From positions 1 to 57,002 of IMG/VR virus record IMGVR_UViG_3300018080_000211: DNA of 57,002 nucleotides; one strand, given 5' to 3'. This stretch comes from a virus. Taxonomy: Duplodnaviria; Caudoviricetes. A program made the translations under genes and the position numbers. This document shows positions 9,006 to 18,991 of this stretch, one piece after another. Position 1 is the first letter of the stretch; each line of letters starts with the position of its first letter. The notes beneath the pieces are model-generated. The model saw only the letters and a program-made list of their open reading frames with translations. It searched no databases and had not been told where the DNA came from.

Positions 9006-11225
9006 ATGCCTGAAGAAGCTGTTGAGAATTATGGTGCCAAAGAGCGTGGCTATGTTCAACCGTATGATGATTATTTAGACCAGATGATTACATACATTGA
9101 CCACTATGCTACAGATGAGCCAAGCATGGAAGCTCGAAGGAAGATGATGCGTGATGCTCAAGTCAAAGCGGTCGTGGGGATAATTGAAGAGGCAGTGCTT
9201 TCGACAGGCTGGGAAATCCATTATGATTGGGAAGTGGACAAGGAGCTTGGAACACAAATGGTCAACTTCCTCTATGAGACACTCAATCGTATCAATGAGA
9301 CACCCCAGAGCGCTGGTGGAGTCGAGGATTTGCTTGAGAAGATGATGGATGCGCTCTGGTTCAAAAAGAGCACGATTGAGCTTGTGTATGCTCACGATAA
9401 AATGAATGAGTACATCTTCGTAAAAAAGGCCAAGCTTCTCCCACCTGAATCCATCAGGCTGCCTATCGACCACCTTGGCAATCTTCTCGCTGTAGAGCAG
9501 TATCCATACAGCATTGAGCAGGAATATCTCGAGTCAGGAGATTATGTCAGGCAGGGTGTTGACCCAGTCGAGTTGGACATGGACAAAATCCTTCTCTGGA
9601 TAAATGGAGATGACTACAGCCAATATCACGGCAAGAGTGAATTGGATGCCATCTACAAGTATTGGTTCTTGAAGGATTTCATTCTCAAATTCTGGTCAAT
9701 GTTCATTGAGCGCTTCGGTGCTCCGCTCCTCGTGGCCTTTGTGAAGGCCAAAAATATGAAGGCAGCTCGGGATGGATTGAAGAACATCATCACACAAACT
9801 TCCTTCACGCTCGAGAAGGATGACAAGATGGAGATTGTCGAGCCAAAGAAGGAAGGTGAAGCCTTCAACAACATGATTAAGTATTGTGATGGTGAAATCA
9901 CAAAAGGCTTGCTGATGCCTACACTTATGATTGAGACAGGTGAAGGTGGCTCGAAAGCTCTTGGTGATATACAGTTCAAGCTCTTCGAGTATCGCATTAT
10001 GTTCATCCAGAGGAAGCTCCAAAACTTGATGAGAGCACTTATCAAAAAAGAAGTTGATTTGAACTTCCCGAATGTGAAGCATTATCCTGTCTTCACTTTC
10101 AAACCACTCACGATTACACAGCGCAGGATGATGGCGCAGACCTTCGACCTGCTTATCAAGAATGCACTCATCCATCCGCTCGAGCCATGGATAAGGAAGG
10201 AATTGCAGCTGCCAGAGATGGATGATGAATTCTGGGATGACCTCGACCAAGCTTGGCGTGCAAAGATGACCGCAGGGAGTCAGACAATTATCGACACGCC
10301 CACTCCTGTTGCCGACATAACAAGGACAGAAGCTCAAACACCACAGCGTGAAGCAGCTCCTGTAGGTGAGAGTCAGCGAGAGCTTTCACAAACGACTCGC
10401 ATCAAGAGGCAACTCGACAATGCTGACCAGAAGTTTGCCGACTTCTTGGTGCCACAGGTTTACAGCAACATCGAAGCTCTCGTCAAACATGTCGAAGAGG
10501 AGCTGAAGGCAGACAAGAATATTGAGTTTGCCAAGATGCCATCTTGGCTCAAGAATTTAAAATACAAGTTCACTGGACTCGAGGAAGGCTTCAGAGAGAT
10601 GATGGATGACATTCTTGTTGATGTCACACTTGAAGATAATTCGCACCTCACTCGTTATGGAATGAAGAGTGCGTTTGATGTACCAACGAGGACAGGAGCT
10701 TTCAGGTGGATTGACCAAAGGATGACTGACATCAGGTCTGGCCTTCTGGACTATGGGAGCGCCAATGCAAATGAGTTGGAGCTTCGCATCCTTGAGGACA
10801 CAAAGTTGATAGTCCAGAAAGGTCTTGACGAAGGCTTGCGAGGTCGAGATGTTGTGAACAATCTTCGTGAGACAATGTTGGGCAAGAGATACAACCCTGC
10901 TCAACTCCAAACTGTCGTCAGGACAAACACGACCGCTATTGTGAATCAGGGCAAGAAGGGATTTGCTCGAGCCAACAGCGATTTCGTGCGAGGAATGGAG
11001 TTTGTCGCTATCATTGACGATAGGACAACCACGATTTGCGAGGAGCTAAATGGCAAGCAATTCGCTATGGATGACCCAAACCTCGACAAATACACTCCAC
11101 CACTACACTTCAGCTGCCGAAGTGTGTTGGATTATATCACGGAAGGCAGCCCAAAATTCAGCCCGAAGGGTATAACACAAGATGTGCCTGAAGGCTTCGG
11201 AGATGGTATATATGCCTTGGGATAG
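9006..11225 (+). CDS. Portal protein (Mu gp29/DUF935-like) fused to a MuF (SPP1 gp7-like) domain
   Basis: FIERFGAP portal motif; C-terminal RTN...DDRTTTIC...PPLHFSCRS MuF motif; follows TerL. Confidence 0.88.
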   Translation: MPEEAVENYGAKERGYVQPYDDYLDQMITYIDHYATDEPSMEARRKMMRDAQVKAVVGIIEEAVLSTGWEIHYDWEVDKELGTQMVNFLYETLNRINETPQSAGGVEDLLEKMMDALWFKKSTIELVYAHDKMNEYIFVKKAKLLPPESIRLPIDHLGNLLAVEQYPYSIEQEYLESGDYVRQGVDPVELDMDKILLWINGDDYSQYHGKSELDAIYKYWFLKDFILKFWSMFIERFGAPLLVAFVKAKNMKAARDGLKNIITQTSFTLEKDDKMEIVEPKKEGEAFNNMIKYCDGEITKGLLMPTLMIETGEGGSKALGDIQFKLFEYRIMFIQRKLQNLMRALIKKEVDLNFPNVKHYPVFTFKPLTITQRRMMAQTFDLLIKNALIHPLEPWIRKELQLPEMDDEFWDDLDQAWRAKMTAGSQTIIDTPTPVADITRTEAQTPQREAAPVGESQRELSQTTRIKRQLDNADQKFADFLVPQVYSNIEALVKHVEEELKADKNIEFAKMPSWLKNLKYKFTGLEEGFREMMDDILVDVTLEDNSHLTRYGMKSAFDVPTRTGAFRWIDQRMTDIRSGLLDYGSANANELELRILEDTKLIVQKGLDEGLRGRDVVNNLRETMLGKRYNPAQLQTVVRTNTTAIVNQGKKGFARANSDFVRGMEFVAIIDDRTTTICEELNGKQFAMDDPNLDKYTPPLHFSCRSVLDYITEGSPKFSPKGITQDVPEGFGDGIYALG

Positions 11226-12852
11226 TATTGAAAATGTGCCAGCAAATGTTCGGACACATAAGGGTGTCAAGCTCACATTAGCACAAGCCAATCGCTGGGC
11301 GCAAATCTATGATGGCGTCAAAGCTGCTGGGGGTGCTGATAATCCTGCTGCGGTCGCATGGTCGCAGTGGGATAAGGAATACAGGATTTCAGACGATGGA
11401 ACAAGCTGGGTGGAGCGAGAGCGGAAGCTACAAGAATATGAGTGCGAGTGTTTGGATTGCGGTCATATCATGTCAAGTGAGCAGCACTGCCGAGAGCTGA
11501 CTTGTCCAAAGTGTGGCGGTCAGATGAGAAGGGTGGAGAGAGCTGGTGTTGGCTATCAAGACTTTGAACCGCCAGCAGCTGGAGAGGATGCACCGCAGGA
11601 AGTCAAGGACATTCTTGCGAAGGTCTATGAGAGCTGCCGATTGGATTGGGTAAAAGAGCGCCCATCTGACCGTGAAAATCCTGCCAACAAAGAGAGCTGT
11701 GCGAAGATTGCATGGTCAGCGGTCGAGAAGGCTGGTTGGCGCAAGAATGCGGAAGGCAAATGGGAGAAGCAGGAAGGCTTGAGTGAACAGCGATGTGACA
11801 CTTTTGACTCGATGCTTCCAAAGTTGGAGCAGCTTAACCTCGCAGACATGGAGCGCACTGGACAGACCGAGCTATTGATGGTTGATGGCCTGATGATAGC
11901 AGAGGGAGAGTGGAAAAACACTGTGTTTCCAGCTGATGTCCTGAAGGGAGCGCTCGACCGAGTTGGAAACAAGCGCATTGATGTCGAACACGAGGATGAA
12001 ACTTGGGAAGATGTGAAAGGTTTCAACTACAAACCGAGATGGAATGAGGACAAGAAGGGAATTGAAGTGTCAGGAGCTATCTTTGACGAGCGAGTCATTG
12101 ATTGGCACAAGGACAATCCCAACACGAAGATTGGCTTGAGTGTGAAGCTATCTCCTGAAGCCACCTTCGAGCAAATTGACGGTCGAAAAACATGCACATA
12201 CTTTGACATAAAGGGTATTGCACTCACCTTGAATCCAGCATGCAAAGTTTGCTGGCTGGATACATCAGAAGTGGTGCAGTTAAACTCATCCGATAGCACG
12301 CAATCGGATGGGGGTGAAAACATGGCGGATGAAAAACCGACAAAAGAGGAGAAGCCTGAAGAGGAACAGAAGCAGGAAGAGGAGAAGGTTGAGAAGCAGC
12401 CTGACCAGAAGCCAGCCGAAGCTCCCAAGCAGGAAGCTCCCAAGGGTAGTGAACCAAAGACACAGCCAGAGGATGCTGCACCTGCCCCGCCAGCAGCAGC
12501 GCCCTCTACTGACGCACCCTCGTTGACCGAGTTCAACGAGATGAAGTCAAGACTACAGGCACTGGAGCAGGCAAACAAAACTCTCCACACGGAGAGGAGC
12601 TTGAGTGAAACGAAAGCTATGGTGGATGGCCTGATTGAATCAGGTCAACTCTCTGAAGCCAACAGGGAGCAGGCAACCAAGGTGTTGCTGGAGCTATCCA
12701 GCGATGACGCCAAGGCTGCATTCCTGTCCACCATTGGAGGCAAGACATGGAAGGCCACTGAAAAAGGTCTTGTTCTGTCAGAGGAAGAGAAGGACAAGGA
12801 CAAGGACAAGGACAAGGAGTTCAGTGAGCCAGACAGGAGCTTCATCAGTTAA
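11212..12852 (+). CDS. Prohead protease/scaffold with N-terminal ChaB-like repeats and a Zn ribbon
   Basis: AAVAWSQW and AKIAWSAVEKAGW ChaB-like motifs; CLDC..CPKC; protease-like DVEH...GLSV...IALTLNPAC; acidic/coiled-coil scaffold tail. Confidence 0.75.
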   Translation: MPWDSIENVPANVRTHKGVKLTLAQANRWAQIYDGVKAAGGADNPAAVAWSQWDKEYRISDDGTSWVERERKLQEYECECLDCGHIMSSEQHCRELTCPKCGGQMRRVERAGVGYQDFEPPAAGEDAPQEVKDILAKVYESCRLDWVKERPSDRENPANKESCAKIAWSAVEKAGWRKNAEGKWEKQEGLSEQRCDTFDSMLPKLEQLNLADMERTGQTELLMVDGLMIAEGEWKNTVFPADVLKGALDRVGNKRIDVEHEDETWEDVKGFNYKPRWNEDKKGIEVSGAIFDERVIDWHKDNPNTKIGLSVKLSPEATFEQIDGRKTCTYFDIKGIALTLNPACKVCWLDTSEVVQLNSSDSTQSDGGENMADEKPTKEEKPEEEQKQEEEKVEKQPDQKPAEAPKQEAPKGSEPKTQPEDAAPAPPAAAPSTDAPSLTEFNEMKSRLQALEQANKTLHTERSLSETKAMVDGLIESGQLSEANREQATKVLLELSSDDAKAAFLSTIGGKTWKATEKGLVLSEEEKDKDKDKDKEFSEPDRSFIS

Positions 12853-12882
12853 GCTGGTGGCTCTCACACAAGGTGATGACAA

Positions 12883-13314
12883 ATGTCTGGAGAAGTTGAT
12901 ACAACCACGGGCATCCTCGAGGATGCCGAGAACACCAGCGCCATCATCGACAGCTCGGAAACGGGCACTGTGGTCGATGGTCTGGCGATGGAGCGGATGG
13001 ACAATGGCAATGTCAAAATCTGGGCTGGCGGTCGTTATGCTGGGCTTGCCCGCATAATCAAAGGCACAGATGCTGGCGTTGCCGAAGCTGTCGCAGGCGA
13101 TAGAGTTTGCCTTTTGCACAAAGGCACTCACGAAGGCTATGACAGTGAGGATGACACCCTGAAGCTCGACCAACCGCTGGCCGCAACTGGCACAGCTGGG
13201 AAGTTGAGGATATGGGACAGCACCACGCAGAAGGCACATGAAATCGTGGGCTACCTTGCGAGGACAAAGGATGCAAACAAAAAAATCCTCGTGAGGCTTG
13301 TGGCAGGCAGGTGA
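12883..13314 (+). CDS. Head decoration (cement) protein
   Basis: 143-aa beta-rich ORF between scaffold and capsid genes. Confidence 0.6.
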   Translation: MSGEVDTTTGILEDAENTSAIIDSSETGTVVDGLAMERMDNGNVKIWAGGRYAGLARIIKGTDAGVAEAVAGDRVCLLHKGTHEGYDSEDDTLKLDQPLAATGTAGKLRIWDSTTQKAHEIVGYLARTKDANKKILVRLVAGR

Positions 13315-13319
13315 GATAA

Positions 13320-14219
13320 ATGCCTTTGGAACCAAACAGATACTATGAAGGATTGTTCGTCAATCCTGATGCCATCGATGCTCGCCAGAAGGAATATCTG
13401 GCCAAGCTGACTCGCTCTGTCTTGAAAGAGGCAGGTGAGATGTCGATAGCGCCACAACTCTTCGTGCCAAACCCACTCGATGCAAAGATGGGGACAGAGG
13501 GCAAGTTTTACGACTGGGGACAGCTCGTTGCTCGCCTGAAGCCTGACGGCATTCCCACAGGTCTTGGCAAGGTCAAGCCTTCCGACCACTCATATTCACT
13601 CGATGAGTATGAGGTGAAAGTCGGAATAACCGACCGAGCCAAAATCAACAAGCAGATGCAGGCGCAAGACCTGCTCACCGCAGGCAATGCAGCTCGTGCA
13701 TTCTCTCGTGCGTTTGATGCGCAAGCATTCAACCACGTGGAAGCAGACTGCAACACCACATCTGGCACGAATTGGAGCACTGAAACTGATGCCAATATCC
13801 TCGACCAGCTCGATGGAATCATTGGCGAGGTGGATGACAAAGGCTTCGATGCCAATGCGATGATAATGACGAGGAAGCAGCGCAGCAGGTTGACAAGGAT
13901 AGGATTGACCTATGCCAACCCTCTCACAGCTGAAGAGCTGATAATGAAGGAATGGCCAATGGTCAAGAAAATCTTCATCTGGAAGAAAATCGAGATTGAG
14001 AAGCCAGATGGCAGCGGATATGAAACGCTGTTCGACCCAACAGGCTATCTCTTCGTTGTTGACACGAAGGCATGCGGTGTGTTCACACAGCGCCCCACAA
14101 CCATAGAGAAGGACAGAGATGTTGAAGCAGGCATCGATTTCGCATACATGAGGAAATACTTCAAAACCGACCTCGTGCAGCTCGATGCAGCTCATCAGCT
14201 CGACAGTCTGGTCATTTAG
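13320..14219 (+). CDS. Major capsid protein (HK97 fold)
   Basis: Gene position, 299-aa length, ARAFSRAFDAQAF spine-helix-like segment; followed by a terminator. Confidence 0.8.
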   Translation: MPLEPNRYYEGLFVNPDAIDARQKEYLAKLTRSVLKEAGEMSIAPQLFVPNPLDAKMGTEGKFYDWGQLVARLKPDGIPTGLGKVKPSDHSYSLDEYEVKVGITDRAKINKQMQAQDLLTAGNAARAFSRAFDAQAFNHVEADCNTTSGTNWSTETDANILDQLDGIIGEVDDKGFDANAMIMTRKQRSRLTRIGLTYANPLTAEELIMKEWPMVKKIFIWKKIEIEKPDGSGYETLFDPTGYLFVVDTKACGVFTQRPTTIEKDRDVEAGIDFAYMRKYFKTDLVQLDAAHQLDSLVI

Positions 14220-14241
14220 GCCAGACTTCTCTTTATTTATT
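14205..14241 (+). terminator. Hairpin plus T-rich tract after the capsid gene
   Basis: AGTCTGG-TCATTTAGG-CCAGACT then TCTCTTTATTTATT. Confidence 0.55.
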
Positions 14242-14258
14242 CCACGAGGTGAATAAAG

Positions 14259-14795
14259 ATGTCTAATATAACAAGGGACAAAATCGAGCAGGAAGAGGAT
14301 TACAAGAAGCTCCAAGCTATCGGCAAAGACTTCGAGGCAGATGGGCATGGCGTGAAGCTCAATGCATCGAAGGCTGACCTGAAAGCAGAGCTTCTCAAAA
14401 TCTTCGATGAACACTATGCCGAGCAAGGTGAGGATGAGGAAGCTGACGACATTGTCGATGAGGCAGTTGAGAAGGCTGACGCAGAAGCCACCGAGCTTGG
14501 CGAGGATGACGAGAGCCAAGAGGAAGCTGAAGAGGGAGTCGAGGAAGCTGCGGAAGAGCAGCCTGACCCAGCTCCCGAGCCAGAAGATGACGAGAGCGCT
14601 GACGAGGAAGAGCAGCCCAAGCAGGAGCTATGGGTTGCGAGGCAAGGCCGATACAAGCTTTGGACTGGTGAGGGTGAGTATGTGGAGTTTGACGCACGCT
14701 TCCCGAAGCCAATGCCGAAGGTCAAGAAGGATTTCAGACCACAACTTGAGCAGGCCATCAAGATGAAGCGCATCGTCAGATATGTCGAGGAGTGA
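14259..14795 (+). CDS. Acidic protein with an N-terminal helix-extension-helix-like motif
   Basis: YKKLQAIGK...ASKADLKAEL; D/E-rich linker; genes like this often follow capsid genes. Confidence 0.6.
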   Translation: MSNITRDKIEQEEDYKKLQAIGKDFEADGHGVKLNASKADLKAELLKIFDEHYAEQGEDEEADDIVDEAVEKADAEATELGEDDESQEEAEEGVEEAAEEQPDPAPEPEDDESADEEEQPKQELWVARQGRYKLWTGEGEYVEFDARFPKPMPKVKKDFRPQLEQAIKMKRIVRYVEE

Positions 14796-14805
14796 GGTGA
14801 TTCAG

Positions 14806-15540
14806 ATGGAAATTGACCCAAGTGAACCATGTGACAAGCACACTGGACAGTTTGTCATCCTTGCTGCCATCGATGAAACAGAGAAGCGCCCATATCCTCT
14901 GGTGATAGACAAGGACAGCGGTGAGCTTCGGGTCAATGCAGACTTCAGCGGTGATGTCAATGTGTCTGGCGAGATAGTCGATGGAGTGGATAACAACATC
15001 AAAGCAACCGTGTTCAACAAGGTTGTTCCTGCTAATGTGTTTCCACTCGCAACGGCCATCACGCTCCAAGATGTCATTGAGCACGGTGGAGAAGGGTTGA
15101 TTGCCCGACCTCTGAAATCACTGGATGAATACTTCGTTGCAGACCCATGGCTTGCAGGATTGCCTGACCGAGTGCTTCCTGTCGGGATATTGTCAAGCAT
15201 TCCCGAGCTTCTTGTGGCCATATCTGGCAACACCCAGCTTGACGATGGAAACAGCGCAGTGTTCGACAACTTGAAGACACAGCATGTCAAGAGAGTGATT
15301 GGCCACCTAATGCACTCATTCGAGGGTGAAGGTGCAACGCTGGAGATGAGAGCCAAAGATTATCTCTGCACCAATGGCACAGTTGTGTACACAAGGTGGT
15401 TTAGGGAAATCGAGCTTAATGAGACAAACGAATGTGTCGCAATCGACCTCGAGGAGCTGGCTTCATTCCTGACTGTGACAATCGTGAACGACACTGGGGC
15501 GATTGGCTCATATTACCTGTATTTGCAGGGGGTGAACTAA
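14806..15540 (+). CDS. Hypothetical virion protein
   Basis: GAGGTGA RBS; beta-rich C-terminus. Confidence 0.65.
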   Translation: MEIDPSEPCDKHTGQFVILAAIDETEKRPYPLVIDKDSGELRVNADFSGDVNVSGEIVDGVDNNIKATVFNKVVPANVFPLATAITLQDVIEHGGEGLIARPLKSLDEYFVADPWLAGLPDRVLPVGILSSIPELLVAISGNTQLDDGNSAVFDNLKTQHVKRVIGHLMHSFEGEGATLEMRAKDYLCTNGTVVYTRWFREIELNETNECVAIDLEELASFLTVTIVNDTGAIGSYYLYLQGVN

Positions 15541-15699
15541 ATGGCTGACGATGTACCAGAACAATGCTCAATATGCAACGAGGATTTCGAGTACAGAGAG
15601 GAAAAAAATCAGGCTGGAGAGCTTCGTTTGTTCATCACATCTCCATACCACACGGATGGCGTGAACAAATGGCATGTAGAATGCGGTGGGGGTGATTAA
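15541..15699 (+). CDS. Small protein (52 aa, not in ORF track)
   Basis: MADDVPEQCSICNEDF...WHVECGGGD; GGGGTGA RBS. Confidence 0.55.
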   Translation: MADDVPEQCSICNEDFEYREEKNQAGELRLFITSPYHTDGVNKWHVECGGGD

Positions 15700-15700
15700 G

Positions 15701-16057
15701 GTGGGTGAACAAGAATTTGCTCCCAAGAAGGCATTCGATGTCGTTTTGCGTCTGTTTGAACACGATATAGATGCAAGTGGCTCATATCAGAAGGAAAATA
15801 TCGATGTCTCAAAGTACAGAAAGCTCTATGGAAGGCTGACCCATGAGATTGATGATGGCTCACTTGAAATAACCTTCGCACAAGCTGATGGCACACCAAT
15901 GGAAGATGAGGTCATAATTTTTGAAGACCTTGAACAAGGCGTGACAACAGAAATCGACATATCGATACTTCCACCGCTTCCATATATGAAAGTGACAATC
16001 AACAACAATGATGGGAGCGCAAAAGAAGTGATGCTGGTAATCTCTGGCGAGAAGTGA
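15701..16057 (+). CDS. Hypothetical virion protein
   Basis: Beta-rich; C-terminus resembles that of the 14806 product (..MKVTINND..). Confidence 0.6.
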   Translation: MGEQEFAPKKAFDVVLRLFEHDIDASGSYQKENIDVSKYRKLYGRLTHEIDDGSLEITFAQADGTPMEDEVIIFEDLEQGVTTEIDISILPPLPYMKVTINNNDGSAKEVMLVISGEK

Positions 16058-16066
16058 GGTGGGAAG

Positions 16067-16663
16067 ATGACAGGTGAAGTTGAATTCCCACGACAACCAA
16101 AGAATGCAACCAAACTACAGGGTGTGCCGATAAGCTCGACTCCACCAACAGATGGCCAAGTGCTTGAATATCAATCCTCGAGCGGAGAATATGAGCCAAA
16201 GGATGCAGGTGGATACACGCTGCCTGACGACATTGAGGATGGCGGTTCAGCAGAGATGAATGTTGGAGGGCTGGACGGCGAACTGGCAGACCCTCAAAAG
16301 CAGAAGCTCCAGAACTTCGGTGGCGACCCTTTGGCTACACAACAGACATCCTACACCACGTTCTACCACTTTCTGTTCAGAGGCACGACAGAGATGGGGA
16401 CACCCACGAACATCAAAGTGCTTCTGGCAGAGCTTAACAGCCCAACTTCTGTAAGTGTCAGGATAAGGGATTTAACGAACGGGAATACCATAGCTGAACA
16501 GACAGGGCTCACGCCATCCACATATCCATCGATTGACATTCAGGATATGGGGGCACTTTCAAACCTTCCATCTGGTGAAGCAATATTCATAGTGGAGGCT
16601 TTGAGGACAGGTGGGACGTTTAGCCCTCAAGTCGTTCTATCAGGGGGTGAAGTACAATGGTAG
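16067..16663 (+). CDS. Fibre-like virion protein
   Basis: LQGVPISSTPPTDGQVLEY fibre-like motif. Confidence 0.6.
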   Translation: MTGEVEFPRQPKNATKLQGVPISSTPPTDGQVLEYQSSSGEYEPKDAGGYTLPDDIEDGGSAEMNVGGLDGELADPQKQKLQNFGGDPLATQQTSYTTFYHFLFRGTTEMGTPTNIKVLLAELNSPTSVSVRIRDLTNGNTIAEQTGLTPSTYPSIDIQDMGALSNLPSGEAIFIVEALRTGGTFSPQVVLSGGEVQW

Positions 16664-16959
16664 GGAAACTAATTGGTGCGACTTACACAGGCGAATACAC
16701 TGGCGATGGGCAGACAAGTCAAGACATCGATTGCGGTTTTAGTCCAGCGAGAGTGAAAATATACGATGAGGATGGGAACTATGCAGAGCTAATCGACAGC
16801 ACAACTTACGCCTATCGTGAGGTTCTGGTATCTGGTGAGTATGTCCTGAAAAGATACGAGCTTGTGGATGCAATCGTTGTAATCGACAACGGTTTCAGAG
16901 TGCAGAACACATACCTGAATACGAATGGAAAGGTGTTCTACTGGGAGGTGTGCGAATGA
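16657..16959 (+). CDS. Virion fibre-associated protein
   Basis: GEYTGDG...IDCGFSP...NGF...LNTNG..YW motif typical of tail-fibre domains. Confidence 0.6.
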   Translation: MVGKLIGATYTGEYTGDGQTSQDIDCGFSPARVKIYDEDGNYAELIDSTTYAYREVLVSGEYVLKRYELVDAIVVIDNGFRVQNTYLNTNGKVFYWEVCE

Positions 16960-17057
16960 AACTTCACTGCCTGAACTGTCAGGTCAGATACACGGCAACT
17001 GGCAACGAAACCGAATGTGACCAGTGTGGCTCGACCAACATAGAGTTCGAGGAATGA
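16956..17057 (+). CDS. Tiny Zn-ribbon protein (33 aa, not in ORF track)
   Basis: MKLHCLNCQVRYTATGNETECDQCGSTNIEFEE; ATGA overlap; GAGGTG RBS. Confidence 0.6.
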   Translation: MKLHCLNCQVRYTATGNETECDQCGSTNIEFEE

Positions 17058-17065
17058 GGTGAGAT

Positions 17066-17428
17066 ATGGGAGATGCGCTTGACACTGTGCTGACTGAAAT
17101 CCGTGGGCTGCGGTCTGATGTTCGTGAAGACCAGTCCAAAATCTGGGATGCCATAGAGCGAGAGCGCAAGTGCACCACCCAACTCAAAATCAATGATGCA
17201 AAGCTCGAGGGAGAGATTACCCAATTGAAGCTGAAGCAGAACATGACAGAGGAAGCTTTTGTCAGACATGTTCAGAACAAAGACAAGCACTTCAATCCCT
17301 ACTACAGTGAGACACTTCGGCAGAAGCTCTGGCGCAAAAAACCAGAGATTGCGGCAGGTGGCGGTGCTGGAGCGCTCATTGTAGCACTTGTCACGCTTCT
17401 GTTGAAGGCATCTGGAGTGATACCATGA
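17066..17428 (+). CDS. Coiled-coil protein with a C-terminal transmembrane helix
   Basis: AGGGAGALIVALVTLLL hydrophobic tail. Confidence 0.65.
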   Translation: MGDALDTVLTEIRGLRSDVREDQSKIWDAIERERKCTTQLKINDAKLEGEITQLKLKQNMTEEAFVRHVQNKDKHFNPYYSETLRQKLWRKKPEIAAGGGAGALIVALVTLLLKASGVIP

Positions 17429-18546
17429 CGGAATATCAGATTGACGATGTGTTCACGAGCAATCCTGCGAAGAGCGGATGGCAACAATTTCAAGGCACAA
17501 GTCTTGATTGGGATAGCTTGGAGAAGGTCGGTGGTGAGCTTGGACACGATGAGGATTGCAGATATATCAAATATCTCGGGAAGGCTTTGAACCAACAGGA
17601 CAACATCACAGCTCTATTCACCTTCATGGTGGACAATTGCCTTATCGGTTCAGCTGATGCAATCATTGGCTTCTTCAATGTTGACAGGGCAGCAGGGAAG
17701 GATGAGTGCTTTGGAATGAAGGTGATTTGCGCCACAGGTAATCCTCAACCGCAGCTCTACATTGCATATGACGACAGCACCAAACAGACAACGAGCGGAT
17801 TGTTCACCTTCACACAAGGCAGCAAATACCTGATAGCTGTCAGATTTGTCCCAGAGGATAACAAGGCATATCTTGAGGTGTATGATTTCCTGACTCAAAC
17901 TCTTCTCCACGAGCTGTACATTGTACTCGATGAAACAAAGAGCTTCACCCTGAATCAAGTTGGTATATCAGAAGTTGACACGGTTGGTTCACCAAAATCG
18001 GAAGCGTGGATATATGATTTCAAAGCTGTTGGCGACACCGAGCCAGTTGATTATAGCAACCTGTATGCCACACCTGACGAGGTCAGACAGCTCACGAATT
18101 TGGATGCAGTTCAGGATATGACCGACTCCCAAATTGCCAACATCATTCTGACCATGGCTATGCCCCAAGTTAATGCACGATTTCGTGCCGAAGCCTATGA
18201 TGCACCCTTTGATACAGGGGATAACACACCGCCAATGGTTCGCACCATTACTGCGCTCCTCTCGGCAGCATATGCTGCGAGGGTGTCGTATATCGGGCAC
18301 GCTCCCAGCGAGAGTCCAGCATACGCAGCCTATCTTGACGAGGTGAACACCCTGTGGAAATCCATCTTGAGCGGATATTATGAGCTGTTGGACATAAACG
18401 GTCAGTGGATTGAGCGCACTGAAGCAACTTCGACCGATATGTTGACAACCACGAGTGGACAGACCGTGCTGTTCACTTTGGATGACTTCCCAGACATCAC
18501 GGATATAATGACAGGTGGTTCATTTGGCGGGCAAGAAGGGTGTTAA
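17425..18546 (+). CDS. Head-tail adaptor (Mu gp36-like C-terminal part) with an N-terminal beta-sandwich domain
   Basis: Adaptor-like YATPDEVR...QVNARF...Y..PF...PPMVRTITALLSA begins only at about residue 213. Confidence 0.65.
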   Translation: MTEYQIDDVFTSNPAKSGWQQFQGTSLDWDSLEKVGGELGHDEDCRYIKYLGKALNQQDNITALFTFMVDNCLIGSADAIIGFFNVDRAAGKDECFGMKVICATGNPQPQLYIAYDDSTKQTTSGLFTFTQGSKYLIAVRFVPEDNKAYLEVYDFLTQTLLHELYIVLDETKSFTLNQVGISEVDTVGSPKSEAWIYDFKAVGDTEPVDYSNLYATPDEVRQLTNLDAVQDMTDSQIANIILTMAMPQVNARFRAEAYDAPFDTGDNTPPMVRTITALLSAAYAARVSYIGHAPSESPAYAAYLDEVNTLWKSILSGYYELLDINGQWIERTEATSTDMLTTTSGQTVLFTLDDFPDITDIMTGGSFGGQEGC

Positions 18547-18991
18547 TCTCGGTCTGCAAATAACTGGGTTGGACAAAGCTCAACGCCAGATGGGGAGAGC
18601 CAAGCAAGAAGCTCGGAATATGCGCCCATTGTTTGAGAAGGCAATAATCATCCTTGAACAATCGCATATGCAGACCTTCAGGCAAGGTGGAAGGCCAAAG
18701 TGGACTCCCTCGAAGAGAGCGCAAGCCCAAGGTGGCCAAACCCTTCAAGATACAGGTCGATTGCGGCAAACTGTCACAGGGAGAGCACCTGCTGCAATCA
18801 GACAGTACAACAATGAAGAGCTTCGTTTTGGTACAAAGCTCATCTATGCTCCCAGCCACCAGTATGGCTTCCCACCTCGAAACATTCCGCAGAGGCCATT
18901 CTTGGGAGTGTATTCAGAAGACATGAAGAAGATGGAGAAGGTATTTGAAGATGATTTATCTAATAGGTTGAGGGTGGTGACAAGTGGCTAA
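18515..18991 (+). CDS. Virion morphogenesis / tail completion protein (Mu gpG-like)
   Basis: W.P...TLQDTGRLR...GTKLIYAPSHQYG...IPQRPFLG. Confidence 0.85.
   Translation: MVHLAGKKGVNLGLQITGLDKAQRQMGRAKQEARNMRPLFEKAIIILEQSHMQTFRQGGRPKWTPSKRAQAQGGQTLQDTGRLRQTVTGRAPAAIRQYNNEELRFGTKLIYAPSHQYGFPPRNIPQRPFLGVYSEDMKKMEKVFEDDLSNRLRVVTSG

Noticed and set aside
12790-12816. (AAGGAC)4 tandem repeat
   Set aside because: An in-frame hexamer encoding KDKDKDKD in a disordered scaffold tail; it is not an array and cannot shift the frame.
13596-14519. Long antisense ORFs (e.g. 13596-14519, 36213-37076, 7888-8634)
   Set aside because: They are shadows of well-supported genes on the opposite strand, with no motifs or RBS.
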